Of a stretch of DNA of 51,630 bases, positions 1-9,012 are shown in pieces. The stretch is from Candidatus Nanohaloarchaea archaeon (GTDB taxonomy: Archaea; Nanohalarchaeota; Nanosalinia; Nanosalinales; Nanosalinaceae). The stretch lies in assembly GCA_041639695.1 (NCBI GenBank), contig JBEQBQ010000007.1, positions 1 through 51,630 of the forward strand, read 5' to 3'. The stretch's first letter is position 1, and every line of letters begins with the position of its first letter. The notes beneath the pieces were generated by a model. It was not told where the DNA came from, did not search any database, and worked only from the letters and a program-made list of their open reading frames with translations. The position numbers and the translations under genes were made by a program.

Positions 1-46
1 AATTTATTCGAATGGTATTAAGAATCTTCACGCCCGAATTGGAACT

Positions 47-1843
47 ATGTCTACGGGAAAAAACTCGAAGAAGTTTATCGTAACTATCGATCAAGAGAAA
101 ATTGAACCGGACTTAGCCCGTGAAACAGTTATCAAATACGATCCTTTGAACCGTTCGGGTCAGGACGGTGGTTTCTATATTGATGAGAACGAGGAACTTC
201 ACATAGATAATGAAAAAGTGATGGAAGCCCATAAGATGGCTATCAACCGCTATCCTTACGATGGCGCGATCCAAATGATCCAGCTTCCTTTCGAGGAAGG
301 CGAAAAAGTCCACCAGTTCCACGACAACAGCTTTAGACTGTACGGTTTGCCGGTACCGGAAAATGGAAGAGTAACAGGCATCATAGGTAAGAACGGGATA
401 GGAAAGTCGGTCTCCCTTAATATTCTGTCAGGCAAACTGAAACCTAATCTTGGGGACTTCGAAGAACCTCCTGAATGGGAGGATATTGTGAAGGAGTACC
501 GAGGTACAGGTCTTCAGACCCATTTCCAGCAACTAGAGGATGAAGGAATTGAATCAGCTTTCAAGCCTCAGCAAGTTGAAAGACTTCCCGAAATGTATGA
601 GGGAGAAGTAAGAGAGCTTTTAGAAGGTGTCGACGAAGAAGATAACCTAGAGAATATTGCCGAAGAAGTAGATATTGACCACCTGCTAGATCGCGAACTA
701 GGGCAGCTGTCGGGAGGCGAGCTCCAGAGAGTTGCTATCGCCTCCACTTTACTGAAGGAAGCTGAGCTCTACATGTTCGACGAACCTAGCTCCTTTCTTG
801 ACGTTAAACAGAGATTGAAAGCCGGAAACAAGATCAGAGAAGTAGGGGAAAAACAGGAAAATACCGTGCTTACAGTAGAACACGACCTTGCTACACTTGA
901 CCTGATTTCGGACAATATCCATATTTTCTACGGTGAGCAGGCAAGTTACGGTATGGTCTCGAAAGCTCTCTCGACGAGAGAGGGAATTAATAATTATCTT
1001 GACGGTTATCTTCCGGCTTCAAATGTCCGTTTTAGGTCGAACTCTATCAAGTTTGACAGGACAAAGCGTTCGCAGGTCGAGAAGAAACCGGTTGTATTCT
1101 CGTTCGATGAACTGGCTAAGGACTTTGGTCAGGACGAGTTCGACTTGGAAGTTAAGTCAGGAAAGCTTCACGAGGAAGAGGTTCTAGCTATCTTCGGCGA
1201 GAATGGTCTTGGAAAAACAGTATTCGCCAAAATGCTTGCCGGAGCTATCGAACCAGAAGAAGGAGGTTCTCCGGACGTCTCGATTTCCTACAAACCACAG
1301 TATCTTGAGGCAGAGAATGAAACAGTAAGGAAAGCTATCTCACAGCATGTTAACCCGGACAACAAGAAGTTTGAGAACCGCATCGCCGAACCTTTAGGTC
1401 TTGAGGAGCTATATGACCAGAATCTTGAGGAGCTTTCAGGAGGAGAGCTGCAGAGAGTAGGTATCGCGATCTGTCTCTCGAGGGATGCAGAAGTCTATTT
1501 ACTTGACGAGCCTTCAGCCTATCTTGACGTTGAATCACGTGTCGAACTTGGAAAGATGCTGAAAAGGTTTGCGAGGAAGGAGGAAAAGCCTTTGATGATT
1601 ATCGACCACGACCTGATGATGCTAGACTATGTAGCCGATAGAGGCATGGTATTCACCGGCGAACCTGGCATAGAGGGCATAGGTTCGGAGCCGACACAGA
1701 TCGGTGACGCGATGGATTCTTTCCTTAAGGAAGTCGATATTACTTTCAGGAAAGACCCGGACACAGGCCGTTTAAGGGCAAACAAGCCAGGAAGCCAGAA
1801 GGACCAGGAACAGAGGAAAACCGGCGAGTACTACGAGAAATAA
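47..1843 (+). CDS. rli: Ribosome recycling ATPase ABCE1/RLI; N-terminal Fe-S domain lacks Cys
   Basis: Two ABC NBDs (GKNGIGKS, GENGLGKT, LSGGELQR twice, DEPSSFLD/DEPSAYLD, H-loops), FRLYGLP motif and C-terminal RANKPGSQKDQEQ typical of ABCE1. Confidence 0.96.
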   Translation: MSTGKNSKKFIVTIDQEKIEPDLARETVIKYDPLNRSGQDGGFYIDENEELHIDNEKVMEAHKMAINRYPYDGAIQMIQLPFEEGEKVHQFHDNSFRLYGLPVPENGRVTGIIGKNGIGKSVSLNILSGKLKPNLGDFEEPPEWEDIVKEYRGTGLQTHFQQLEDEGIESAFKPQQVERLPEMYEGEVRELLEGVDEEDNLENIAEEVDIDHLLDRELGQLSGGELQRVAIASTLLKEAELYMFDEPSSFLDVKQRLKAGNKIREVGEKQENTVLTVEHDLATLDLISDNIHIFYGEQASYGMVSKALSTREGINNYLDGYLPASNVRFRSNSIKFDRTKRSQVEKKPVVFSFDELAKDFGQDEFDLEVKSGKLHEEEVLAIFGENGLGKTVFAKMLAGAIEPEEGGSPDVSISYKPQYLEAENETVRKAISQHVNPDNKKFENRIAEPLGLEELYDQNLEELSGGELQRVGIAICLSRDAEVYLLDEPSAYLDVESRVELGKMLKRFARKEEKPLMIIDHDLMMLDYVADRGMVFTGEPGIEGIGSEPTQIGDAMDSFLKEVDITFRKDPDTGRLRANKPGSQKDQEQRKTGEYYEK

Positions 1844-1870
1844 ATCTCTGGCCACAAAAAGGTTCTAATT

Positions 1871-2746
1871 ATGAAAGCGAAAACCGTTGGCAGGATACTT
1901 CTAAGGAACGAGGATGGAGAGTTTCTTGTAATTCCAGCCGGTGAGGAAGATCCGGAGGTTTCCTGGAAGCTGCCAGGCTGTGATCTTGGAGATGTTGAGA
2001 ACCGTTTCTCTGAGTTAGTGAAATACCTGGAAGAGCTAGGTATCAAGGTAGAGAACCCAAGAGACGTGGTGCGTATAGCTACGGAGACAGAAACAGAGAT
2101 CAACCGGTACACGATATATTTTGACAGTTTTTCTGGAAGTGTCGATGAGGGGCGCTGGGTTTCCGGCGAAGAACTACTTGATCTTGAAAAATCTCCTGAG
2201 TCCGGTCTTTACGTAGTTCCGATGAGGTTTCTTGATAGCTATCTCAAGACAGAGGCGGATTACAGCGGTAAAGGACATGAACTCGATGTGGAGAAGACCC
2301 TGGTTTCTGATAACGGGAGATTGCTGGTCTTGAAGAAGGCTAGAAGGTTGAAGGTTTCGAGTTCAGAGGTCGTGGACCGGTATGGCGAAATGTCGGGTTG
2401 CTGGGAACAACCTGGAGGCATAATAGAGGAAGAAGAAGACAGGTTCGGTGCCGCAAGGAGAGAGTTAGAGGAGGAAACAGACCTCCAAGTAAATGATCTG
2501 GAGGATTTGGTAAGGATGGAGATCGAACACGTAAACACGGTAAACTGCTATATACTTTTCACTGAGGACTTTGAAGGCAGAGTTGAGCTGTCGAAAGAAC
2601 ATACTGATTTCCGCTGGATCAAGCCTATAGAGTTCAGAGGGCTTGAGTGGCACAGGGACGCAGGTTACGGTATTGCTGCGATCGAAAACCTTGAATTTTT
2701 TTCTTTAAATCGGTCTGAATACACCGGAACTAATATTAGTTTTTAA
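1871..2746 (+). CDS. Tandem NUDIX-domain hydrolase (first domain degenerate)
   Basis: Intact Nudix box GGIIEEEEDRFGAARRELEEETDL and LSKEHTDFRW in the C-half; degenerate WKLPG..EELGI box in the N-half. Confidence 0.8.
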   Translation: MKAKTVGRILLRNEDGEFLVIPAGEEDPEVSWKLPGCDLGDVENRFSELVKYLEELGIKVENPRDVVRIATETETEINRYTIYFDSFSGSVDEGRWVSGEELLDLEKSPESGLYVVPMRFLDSYLKTEADYSGKGHELDVEKTLVSDNGRLLVLKKARRLKVSSSEVVDRYGEMSGCWEQPGGIIEEEEDRFGAARRELEEETDLQVNDLEDLVRMEIEHVNTVNCYILFTEDFEGRVELSKEHTDFRWIKPIEFRGLEWHRDAGYGIAAIENLEFFSLNRSEYTGTNISF

Positions 2747-2764
2747 CCAATAAGTTGTGGTTTA

Positions 2765-3445
2765 ATGGAGCTCTCAAACTTGCATGAGATACAGGTTTCA
2801 ATACTTAAGCAACTAGGCTATGAGGAGACAAAGAGTTTTTCGGAGCTCCAAGGCGACTTTCCAAGCAACAAGCTGGCTTTCCACATTAACCAGTTGCAGG
2901 ATAAGGATATTATCGAGAAAAAAGAAGATCTTTACACCACCACTAAGAAAGGTAGAGAGATGATTATAGAGTTTCTAGGGGCTGACACCTCAAATCCTGT
3001 GACGTTGTTGAGCCTTGCAATTTTTTCCGGAGATGATGTCTACCTCGAGTACCAGTCAAATCCGTTGACAATCTTCAAGAACATGTACCGGCTTCCAACC
3101 GATAAAGTTAGAACACGTGAAAGACTGAATGAAACAGCGGAAAGAATTTATAGGGAAAGAGTAGGTGAGGAGCCTTCCGGTTTTGAGAAAATGGGGGTAT
3201 TTGACAAGAAAGTTGAGCTTGAGGACGGTGTGGAGCAACGTTACATTCTTTTCTACCTGAAAACAGAGTACGAAGGCGATCTCGATAATTTTGTAAATCT
3301 TTCAGAAATTAAAGACTTAGAAATTATTCCAGGAGTTGGAGAAGTAATTAAGGAAGTTCATGGGGCTCAGGAGTGTGATTTTGTGGGCGATTGGGATGTC
3401 AAGCAAACTACTGAAGGCTTTATCAACACCAAGTTCGAGCTATAA
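2765..3445 (+). CDS. Winged-HTH regulator fused to a NUDIX-like domain
   Basis: SFSEL..SNKLAFHINQLQDKDIIEK..YTTTKKG wHTH, then YRLPTDKVRTRERLNETAERIYRERVG degenerate Nudix box. Confidence 0.7.
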   Translation: MELSNLHEIQVSILKQLGYEETKSFSELQGDFPSNKLAFHINQLQDKDIIEKKEDLYTTTKKGREMIIEFLGADTSNPVTLLSLAIFSGDDVYLEYQSNPLTIFKNMYRLPTDKVRTRERLNETAERIYRERVGEEPSGFEKMGVFDKKVELEDGVEQRYILFYLKTEYEGDLDNFVNLSEIKDLEIIPGVGEVIKEVHGAQECDFVGDWDVKQTTEGFINTKFEL

Positions 3446-3485
3446 CTTGGAAAAGATTTAAAAATGTTTATCTCTAGATATTAGT

Positions 3486-3992
3486 TTGTCAAGTCGATTT
3501 GAGTCGAGGCGGATTGATATGGAAATGATAGATACATCTAAGGCCAGAGAAACCATTAAGGAATCTGAAATTGTAGAAAGGTCTACTGAGACTCATTTTT
3601 TGTTTGGCAGGAACGATGTCTTCTCCTTCGAGGAGGACGGCTCCGTATTCACAGTTATCGAGACCGGTGAAACCGATTTCCTGATCCATGACTTTGTTTC
3701 ACACGGTAAAACGCAAAGAGAAATCTCAGAAGTAGAAAGAGAGGATTCTGTAGAGTTCTTGAAAAATACGGGACACGAACCGTTCATGAGACTTGACATA
3801 GAAAGATTTGATATCAGAACTGAAGATAACAGCTTCACTATTGAAAAAGTAGAACAGCTAGGTTATTTCTCGAATAAGACGTCTGACTCTGATAGAAATT
3901 ATGGAGAGCTCCTTAAGAAAAAGATGATTAGGGATGAGGACAAGAACGAAGAAGTTCACCGTGGCGCGAAAAAGGTTCTAAACCTGTCGTAA
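3486..3992 (+). CDS. Degenerate CYTH (CyaB-like) domain protein
   Basis: FLKNTGHEPFMRLDIER..FTIEKVEQLGYF..YGELL resembles the CYTH C-half; TTG start 29 nt after TTTAAA. Confidence 0.5.
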   Translation: MSSRFESRRIDMEMIDTSKARETIKESEIVERSTETHFLFGRNDVFSFEEDGSVFTVIETGETDFLIHDFVSHGKTQREISEVEREDSVEFLKNTGHEPFMRLDIERFDIRTEDNSFTIEKVEQLGYFSNKTSDSDRNYGELLKKKMIRDEDKNEEVHRGAKKVLNLS

Positions 3993-4032
3993 CTGGTCTG
4001 GTTTTAAGAAGTTTTAGGTATGTTCATTCTAT

Positions 4033-4236
4033 ATGGGACGTGTAAGACCAACATACATCAAGAGGCTCGCAAAGGATCTTGTTGAAGCTGATCCTGAAAA
4101 CTTCTCAGAAGACTTCGAAGAAAACAAGGAAGAACTTGACGAAAAGGCAGATTTCAAGTCAAAGAAGCTGAGGAACAGAGTAGCAGGATATATTGTTAGA
4201 GTCGTGCAGAATAGAGAAGACCCGACACCAGCATAA
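4033..4236 (+). CDS. rps17e: 30S ribosomal protein S17e
   Basis: MGRVRPTYIKRLA..FSEDFEENK..SKKLRNRVAGYI signature. Confidence 0.97.
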   Translation: MGRVRPTYIKRLAKDLVEADPENFSEDFEENKEELDEKADFKSKKLRNRVAGYIVRVVQNREDPTPA

Positions 4237-6565
4237 CAAATATTATTTGGATAAAGCCGAGCCCGGGAACCTCTTTAGAAACGGAGGTTGCAGTAGATTC
4301 CCTTACTAGAACAGGAAGTTTTCTAACTGTTTTAGTCCCGAACTCTCTGTTTCTGGTTGTTACCACAAGTTCTCTTTTCTCTGAGCTTCCTGAGGGCGCA
4401 GTAGGAGTCACTTCCATAAGAAGTCTCTTGGATTCGCCAGGACCTAGCTGGAAGCTTATGTCCTCTTTTCCATTTGACTGGAATCTTGCTTCTACACCTG
4501 AAAGATTTACCGCCAGCTTTCTCGGATCACTGAAGTCAACCAAGTTGGTTACAGTTAGCGGTACAACTTTAGCATTTTTATGTGAGGTAACCAGTGAGCC
4601 ATATTCATATTCTATCTTTGGTCTTACTCTGAAGCTTGAACCAATTACTTTCTCAAAAGAGTACGTTTCAGTGGTTCTATCCACACCATCATAAACCTCG
4701 ATTCTCCATCTCAGCTGTCCGAGTTGTCTTACACGCCAGTCCTCTCCAATACGCCTCTCATCAGATGTAGAGAGCTTATTGCCTATCAAGGTCCCATCAT
4801 CCGCGTTATAGAATGAAACATCGACGGAATCATTATTTCTGTCTTCAACTAACGCATTTATATCGACAGGGTAGCGGAAAGCATAACCGTCGTCTTCGGG
4901 ATCTGGGTTGCTAATTACCGGAGGCGGATTCTCGACGTAGTAGTTTTTCCGATATACCGAAGTGGCTCCGTTTGAATCCCGTAGTCTAAATGTAAAGTTG
5001 TACCATCTCTCGGCCTCATCCGGGATTATGTTATCTGTCAGGAACTTTTTCCTATCACCCGACAAGCTTTGCTCGTTTAAATTAGCTCCATCGATTTTGA
5101 GGACGGATCCTTCCTTCATAGTGTAAGTGCCGTCCACACCAGAGACTTCATGGTGTTTAACGTCAAAGCTTGTTGTAAATTCTCGGTTCCAGTCCGGATG
5201 TTCTAACTCCGAAGGACTGTAAGATGAAACAACCTGTGGCGGGTACCCAATATTCACCCGATTATTGTTTTCATTAGGCTCCAGAGTGTTTCCTTCTCCA
5301 TAGGAAGTTGAATCCCATTCGCCTTGTGGATCGACATGAGCGTAAACAGGTTCATTATCGGAAAATAGGCTGTTAGAAGATGAGAGAGTTATATCGAAGT
5401 TTTGTGATGAACCAGGATCTAAAGATGTTACCTGTCTTTTAATCCTGTTGCTGCCGGATTGGTCCTCTATCCATAACTTCCGAACTTTGGAGGCTGCGTT
5501 TCCGTTGTTCGTCACTTCTACCTGTATTCGGACAGTACCATCTGATTTGGTTTCTACCATGCTGTAGTCGGGGATAGCTAAATCTACGTATTTCACGTTT
5601 CTTTGCTGCGTACCACTAAATCCATATTCGACCGAGTTTCCATTAGCCTTTCTAATCTTGATGAAAGACTGTCCTGTCTTGACAGGAAAGCTTCCGTAAG
5701 ATGTAGGTCTCCAGACGAACTCTATTGAGTGTGAGCCCCCTGAGAGGTCTATGCCTGAGATATTGTAGTCTTTAACGTTTCCATAGACGGAGGCATCTGA
5801 ATAAGAGTCAAAGGAGTGAGTCTGAGAATCATAAACGGGATGTAGTTGTCCCCAAGCTCCGGTCCCAGCTTCTTGGGAGATATCATCAAGAATTTGATCC
5901 CAGTCGGTTCCGAAAGAGTAATGTGAACCTCCCGTTGTATCAGGAAGATCATTTGCTACAGCATCATAACCTCCGCAACTAAGTCCATCGGTAACTGTGA
6001 ACACCTTGTATCCCTGATTATCCAGGTTTTCTGCCATGGTTCTTATGCTCGACGGGGAGTGAACTCCTGCCCCGACCACGAGAATCATTATTTTTCTTTG
6101 ACCGGAGTCCCAGTTAAGATCATTCAAGGATTCTGAAAGCCCTCCTGACGCATCCTCTGCGCAGTCCCCGCCTCCACCGGCAGAAATTCCGTTAACAGAA
6201 GACTCCAAGGTATTCTCACTGGTTGTAAATGTTTGATCGGTCTCCGGATAGTCCTTGAAAGTTACGATCGAGCCCCTTGCATCTGAACCAAGCCCCTGGA
6301 AGAATTCCTTGATATTATTTTTTATTCCATCAATCTGTCCCCCCATAGAACCTGTATCATCGATAATGAACGATACTTGTACAGGTTCAAGTTCTTGAAC
6401 GTCATACTGGAAAGTAGAATTTATCATACGCCCCATAACCAGTTCTCCATCGCTATTGCCGTCTACAAAAGTGTGTGACTGGCTTAATATTTCAGTATCA
6501 GCTGCGGCTTGACAGGAAAGGGCTAGAATCAAGATGAGAGGTAAAAATTTTGCCAGATCTGCCAT
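4196..6565 (-). CDS. Surface protein: signal peptide, VWA domain, CARDB/Ig-like stalk, C-terminal VPGxG + TM anchor
   Basis: Signal peptide; DDTGSM MIDAS-type motif; CARDB-like VTNNGN..VDP..EPNENNN; VPGLGFIQIIF tail. Confidence 0.8.
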   Translation of the reverse strand: MADLAKFLPLILILALSCQAAADTEILSQSHTFVDGNSDGELVMGRMINSTFQYDVQELEPVQVSFIIDDTGSMGGQIDGIKNNIKEFFQGLGSDARGSIVTFKDYPETDQTFTTSENTLESSVNGISAGGGGDCAEDASGGLSESLNDLNWDSGQRKIMILVVGAGVHSPSSIRTMAENLDNQGYKVFTVTDGLSCGGYDAVANDLPDTTGGSHYSFGTDWDQILDDISQEAGTGAWGQLHPVYDSQTHSFDSYSDASVYGNVKDYNISGIDLSGGSHSIEFVWRPTSYGSFPVKTGQSFIKIRKANGNSVEYGFSGTQQRNVKYVDLAIPDYSMVETKSDGTVRIQVEVTNNGNAASKVRKLWIEDQSGSNRIKRQVTSLDPGSSQNFDITLSSSNSLFSDNEPVYAHVDPQGEWDSTSYGEGNTLEPNENNNRVNIGYPPQVVSSYSPSELEHPDWNREFTTSFDVKHHEVSGVDGTYTMKEGSVLKIDGANLNEQSLSGDRKKFLTDNIIPDEAERWYNFTFRLRDSNGATSVYRKNYYVENPPPVISNPDPEDDGYAFRYPVDINALVEDRNNDSVDVSFYNADDGTLIGNKLSTSDERRIGEDWRVRQLGQLRWRIEVYDGVDRTTETYSFEKVIGSSFRVRPKIEYEYGSLVTSHKNAKVVPLTVTNLVDFSDPRKLAVNLSGVEARFQSNGKEDISFQLGPGESKRLLMEVTPTAPSGSSEKRELVVTTRNREFGTKTVRKLPVLVRESTATSVSKEVPGLGFIQIIFVMLVSGLLYSARL
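4296..4342. repeat. 47-bp exact direct repeat shared by the VWA paralogues (other copy 6708..6754)
   Basis: GATTCCCTTACTAGAACAGGAAGTTTTCTAACTGTTTTAGTCCCGAA at both positions, inside a longer paralogous region. Confidence 0.9.
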
Positions 6566-6589
6566 AACTATAATACGGGTTTAGACTGT

Positions 6590-8968
6590 TCAAAAACTCT
6601 TCCACCAAGCATTTATCCCAAGCTTGAATGAGAGAGATACAAACAGAATGAATATGATTTGAATAAATCCTATACCCGGGACTTCTTTCGAAATTGATTT
6701 TGCGTTTGATTCCCTTACTAGAACAGGAAGTTTTCTAACTGTTTTAGTCCCGAAGTTGGTGTTTCTAGTGGTTAAATTGAGGTATCTATCCTCCGAACTT
6801 CCTGAAGGCGGTTGCGGAGTAACCTCTATTAACATCCTTTTCGACTCTGCCGGCCCTAGCTGAAAGCTTATATCTTCTTTTCCATTTGACTGAAATCTTG
6901 CTTCTACACCAGATAAGTTCACGGCAAGTTCTCTTGGTTCATTAAAGTCCACCAGGTTCGTGACTGTGAATGGGAGTACCTTGGCATTCTTATGTGATGT
7001 GACCAGCGAACCATAGTCATATTCAATCCTAGGTCTTACCCTAAAACTCGAACCGATTACTTTCTGAAAACTGTACGTCTCAATAGAGGTATCTACCCCA
7101 TCATATACTTCTATCCGCCACCTCATCTGCCCCAGATCTCTGACACGCCAGTCTTCACCGATACGTGCTTCATCCGCCACGAAAAGCTTTTCACCTATTA
7201 GGTATCCTGTGTTATCGTTGTAGAATCTTACGTCTACAGAATCGTTATTCCTATCTTCGACCATAGCGCTTAACTCTACAGGATAACGGAAAGCATAACC
7301 ATCATCATCTGGCTCAGGATCAGTAATTACTGGAGGCGGATTTTCAACGTAATAGTTTTTTGTGTAAACCGATCTGGCGCCGTTAGGACCTTGAACTGTG
7401 AAAGTAAAGTTGTACCACCTCTCAGCCTCATCAGGAACCAAATCTCCCGTTAGAAACTTTTTTCTATTTCCTGCCAAGCTCTGCTCTTCAAGCGAAGCAC
7501 CATTCTTTTCTACTTCCAATCCTTCCTCTAGTTTGAATGAGCCATCAACTCCGGAAATTGAATAGTGCTGGATATCAAAGCTAGTTACAAACTCCCTGTT
7601 CCAATCCGGGTGTTCTAACTCCGAAGGATTAAAACTAGAAACAAGTCTTGGGGGATAACCAAGTTCTTCTCTATTGTTTGCCTCGTTAGGCTCTAAAGTT
7701 TTACCTTGACCATATGACGTTGAATCCCATTCCCCTTCAGGGTCGACGTGAGCAAATACCGGTTCGTTATCCGAGAAGAGTCTATGTCCTGTCGAGAATT
7801 CAAAACTGTATGTTTTCTGCTCGCCTGGATCCAAACTCGGCAAGTCTCGATCCACTTTATTTCCTGAGGCATCTTCAATTCTGAAAACCCTCTGTTTAGA
7901 TGGTTCATTTCCCTTGTTCTCAACAGTTACCGATACCTTAACGTCCCCCTGATCATTCTCATTATAAGATACAGATCTATCTACGATACCAAAATCCACG
8001 TAAGTCATCTCACGTCTGTCCTCGGCAGAAAAGCTGTATGTATTTGTGTCACTATTCTCCGTCAGCCGTAGGTATGAGTTACCTGTCTTTAACAACTTAT
8101 TCTGGCCTTCTGAAGTGTAATGCCACGGAAATTCGAAGGTGTTAGATCCCTCCTTCACATCTATGTCGAAGACGAATTTTTTCTGTCCGCTTGAAAGAAT
8201 ACTATCAGGGCCGTAAGTAAATGATTTAGAATTTTCAGGCATAACTAGGTGGAGCTCCGCACTTCTTTCCGGCTTCACGGCCTCACGAATTGAGGAATAA
8301 ACCTTGTCAACCGTACCGGACTGGGCGTACCAACACCTGTCCCCATCATCGTTTTCCGAGGAAGAAGTTGTGCAGCTTTCCCCTGTAAGCATGCTTTCAA
8401 AATCTCCAGTACAGGCACCGCTACCGTACATAATTGCGTGTATTTCGATACCATTCTGCCTAGCTTGGTCGGCTTGAGTGCTTGCTGAACCTCCGCATCC
8501 GTCACCCAGCACGATCATGACTTGGCCGGGGTTAGAACCGCTAGTTAGGGCATCATGTCCCTCCGATACCGCCGACGAGTGATCAGTTCCTCCGCCTGCT
8601 GAAAGACTGTCTATAGCATTCTTTGCCTGGGACTTACTCGAGGTCAGGGACTGAACTGTGTTTGCACCAGAGGAGAACGAGACAACGGCGTTTTCGTCAC
8701 CCTTACCAGTATTTGTGTTATCAACATAGTTTTTTGCACCGCTCTGCGCATTTGATAATGCTCCACCGCCCATGCTTCCCGAAGTGTCAATAACTAAAGC
8801 CGTATCAATTGGTTGGTAAGTTACTGTGATATCCCAGTTGAAATCTGTTGTGAGCTGCCTCCCCATAACCTCTTCACCTGAAATAGAGTAACCTAGATTG
8901 TCGGCTGGAGCAGCACTTACAGGCAGAAGACCTGATAGTAAAATTATCAAACAAATCCAACGAAACAT
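6590..8968 (-). CDS. Surface protein, tandem paralogue: VWA + CARDB/Ig-like stalk + VPGxG TM anchor
   Basis: Signal peptide; DTSGSM..GGT..VLGDG MIDAS; C-terminal half highly similar to 4196..6565. Confidence 0.8.
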   Translation of the reverse strand: MFRWICLIILLSGLLPVSAAPADNLGYSISGEEVMGRQLTTDFNWDITVTYQPIDTALVIDTSGSMGGGALSNAQSGAKNYVDNTNTGKGDENAVVSFSSGANTVQSLTSSKSQAKNAIDSLSAGGGTDHSSAVSEGHDALTSGSNPGQVMIVLGDGCGGSASTQADQARQNGIEIHAIMYGSGACTGDFESMLTGESCTTSSSENDDGDRCWYAQSGTVDKVYSSIREAVKPERSAELHLVMPENSKSFTYGPDSILSSGQKKFVFDIDVKEGSNTFEFPWHYTSEGQNKLLKTGNSYLRLTENSDTNTYSFSAEDRREMTYVDFGIVDRSVSYNENDQGDVKVSVTVENKGNEPSKQRVFRIEDASGNKVDRDLPSLDPGEQKTYSFEFSTGHRLFSDNEPVFAHVDPEGEWDSTSYGQGKTLEPNEANNREELGYPPRLVSSFNPSELEHPDWNREFVTSFDIQHYSISGVDGSFKLEEGLEVEKNGASLEEQSLAGNRKKFLTGDLVPDEAERWYNFTFTVQGPNGARSVYTKNYYVENPPPVITDPEPDDDGYAFRYPVELSAMVEDRNNDSVDVRFYNDNTGYLIGEKLFVADEARIGEDWRVRDLGQMRWRIEVYDGVDTSIETYSFQKVIGSSFRVRPRIEYDYGSLVTSHKNAKVLPFTVTNLVDFNEPRELAVNLSGVEARFQSNGKEDISFQLGPAESKRMLIEVTPQPPSGSSEDRYLNLTTRNTNFGTKTVRKLPVLVRESNAKSISKEVPGIGFIQIIFILFVSLSFKLGINAWWKSF

Positions 8969-9012
8969 ACCTATATCAATAGAGGGACATTTCTAGAATA
9001 AAAAATAACGAT

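Noticed and set aside
4196-8968. DGR template/variable repeat pair in the VWA genes
   Set aside because: Similarity spans the coding halves, mismatches do not look adenine-specific, and there is no reverse transcriptase in the window
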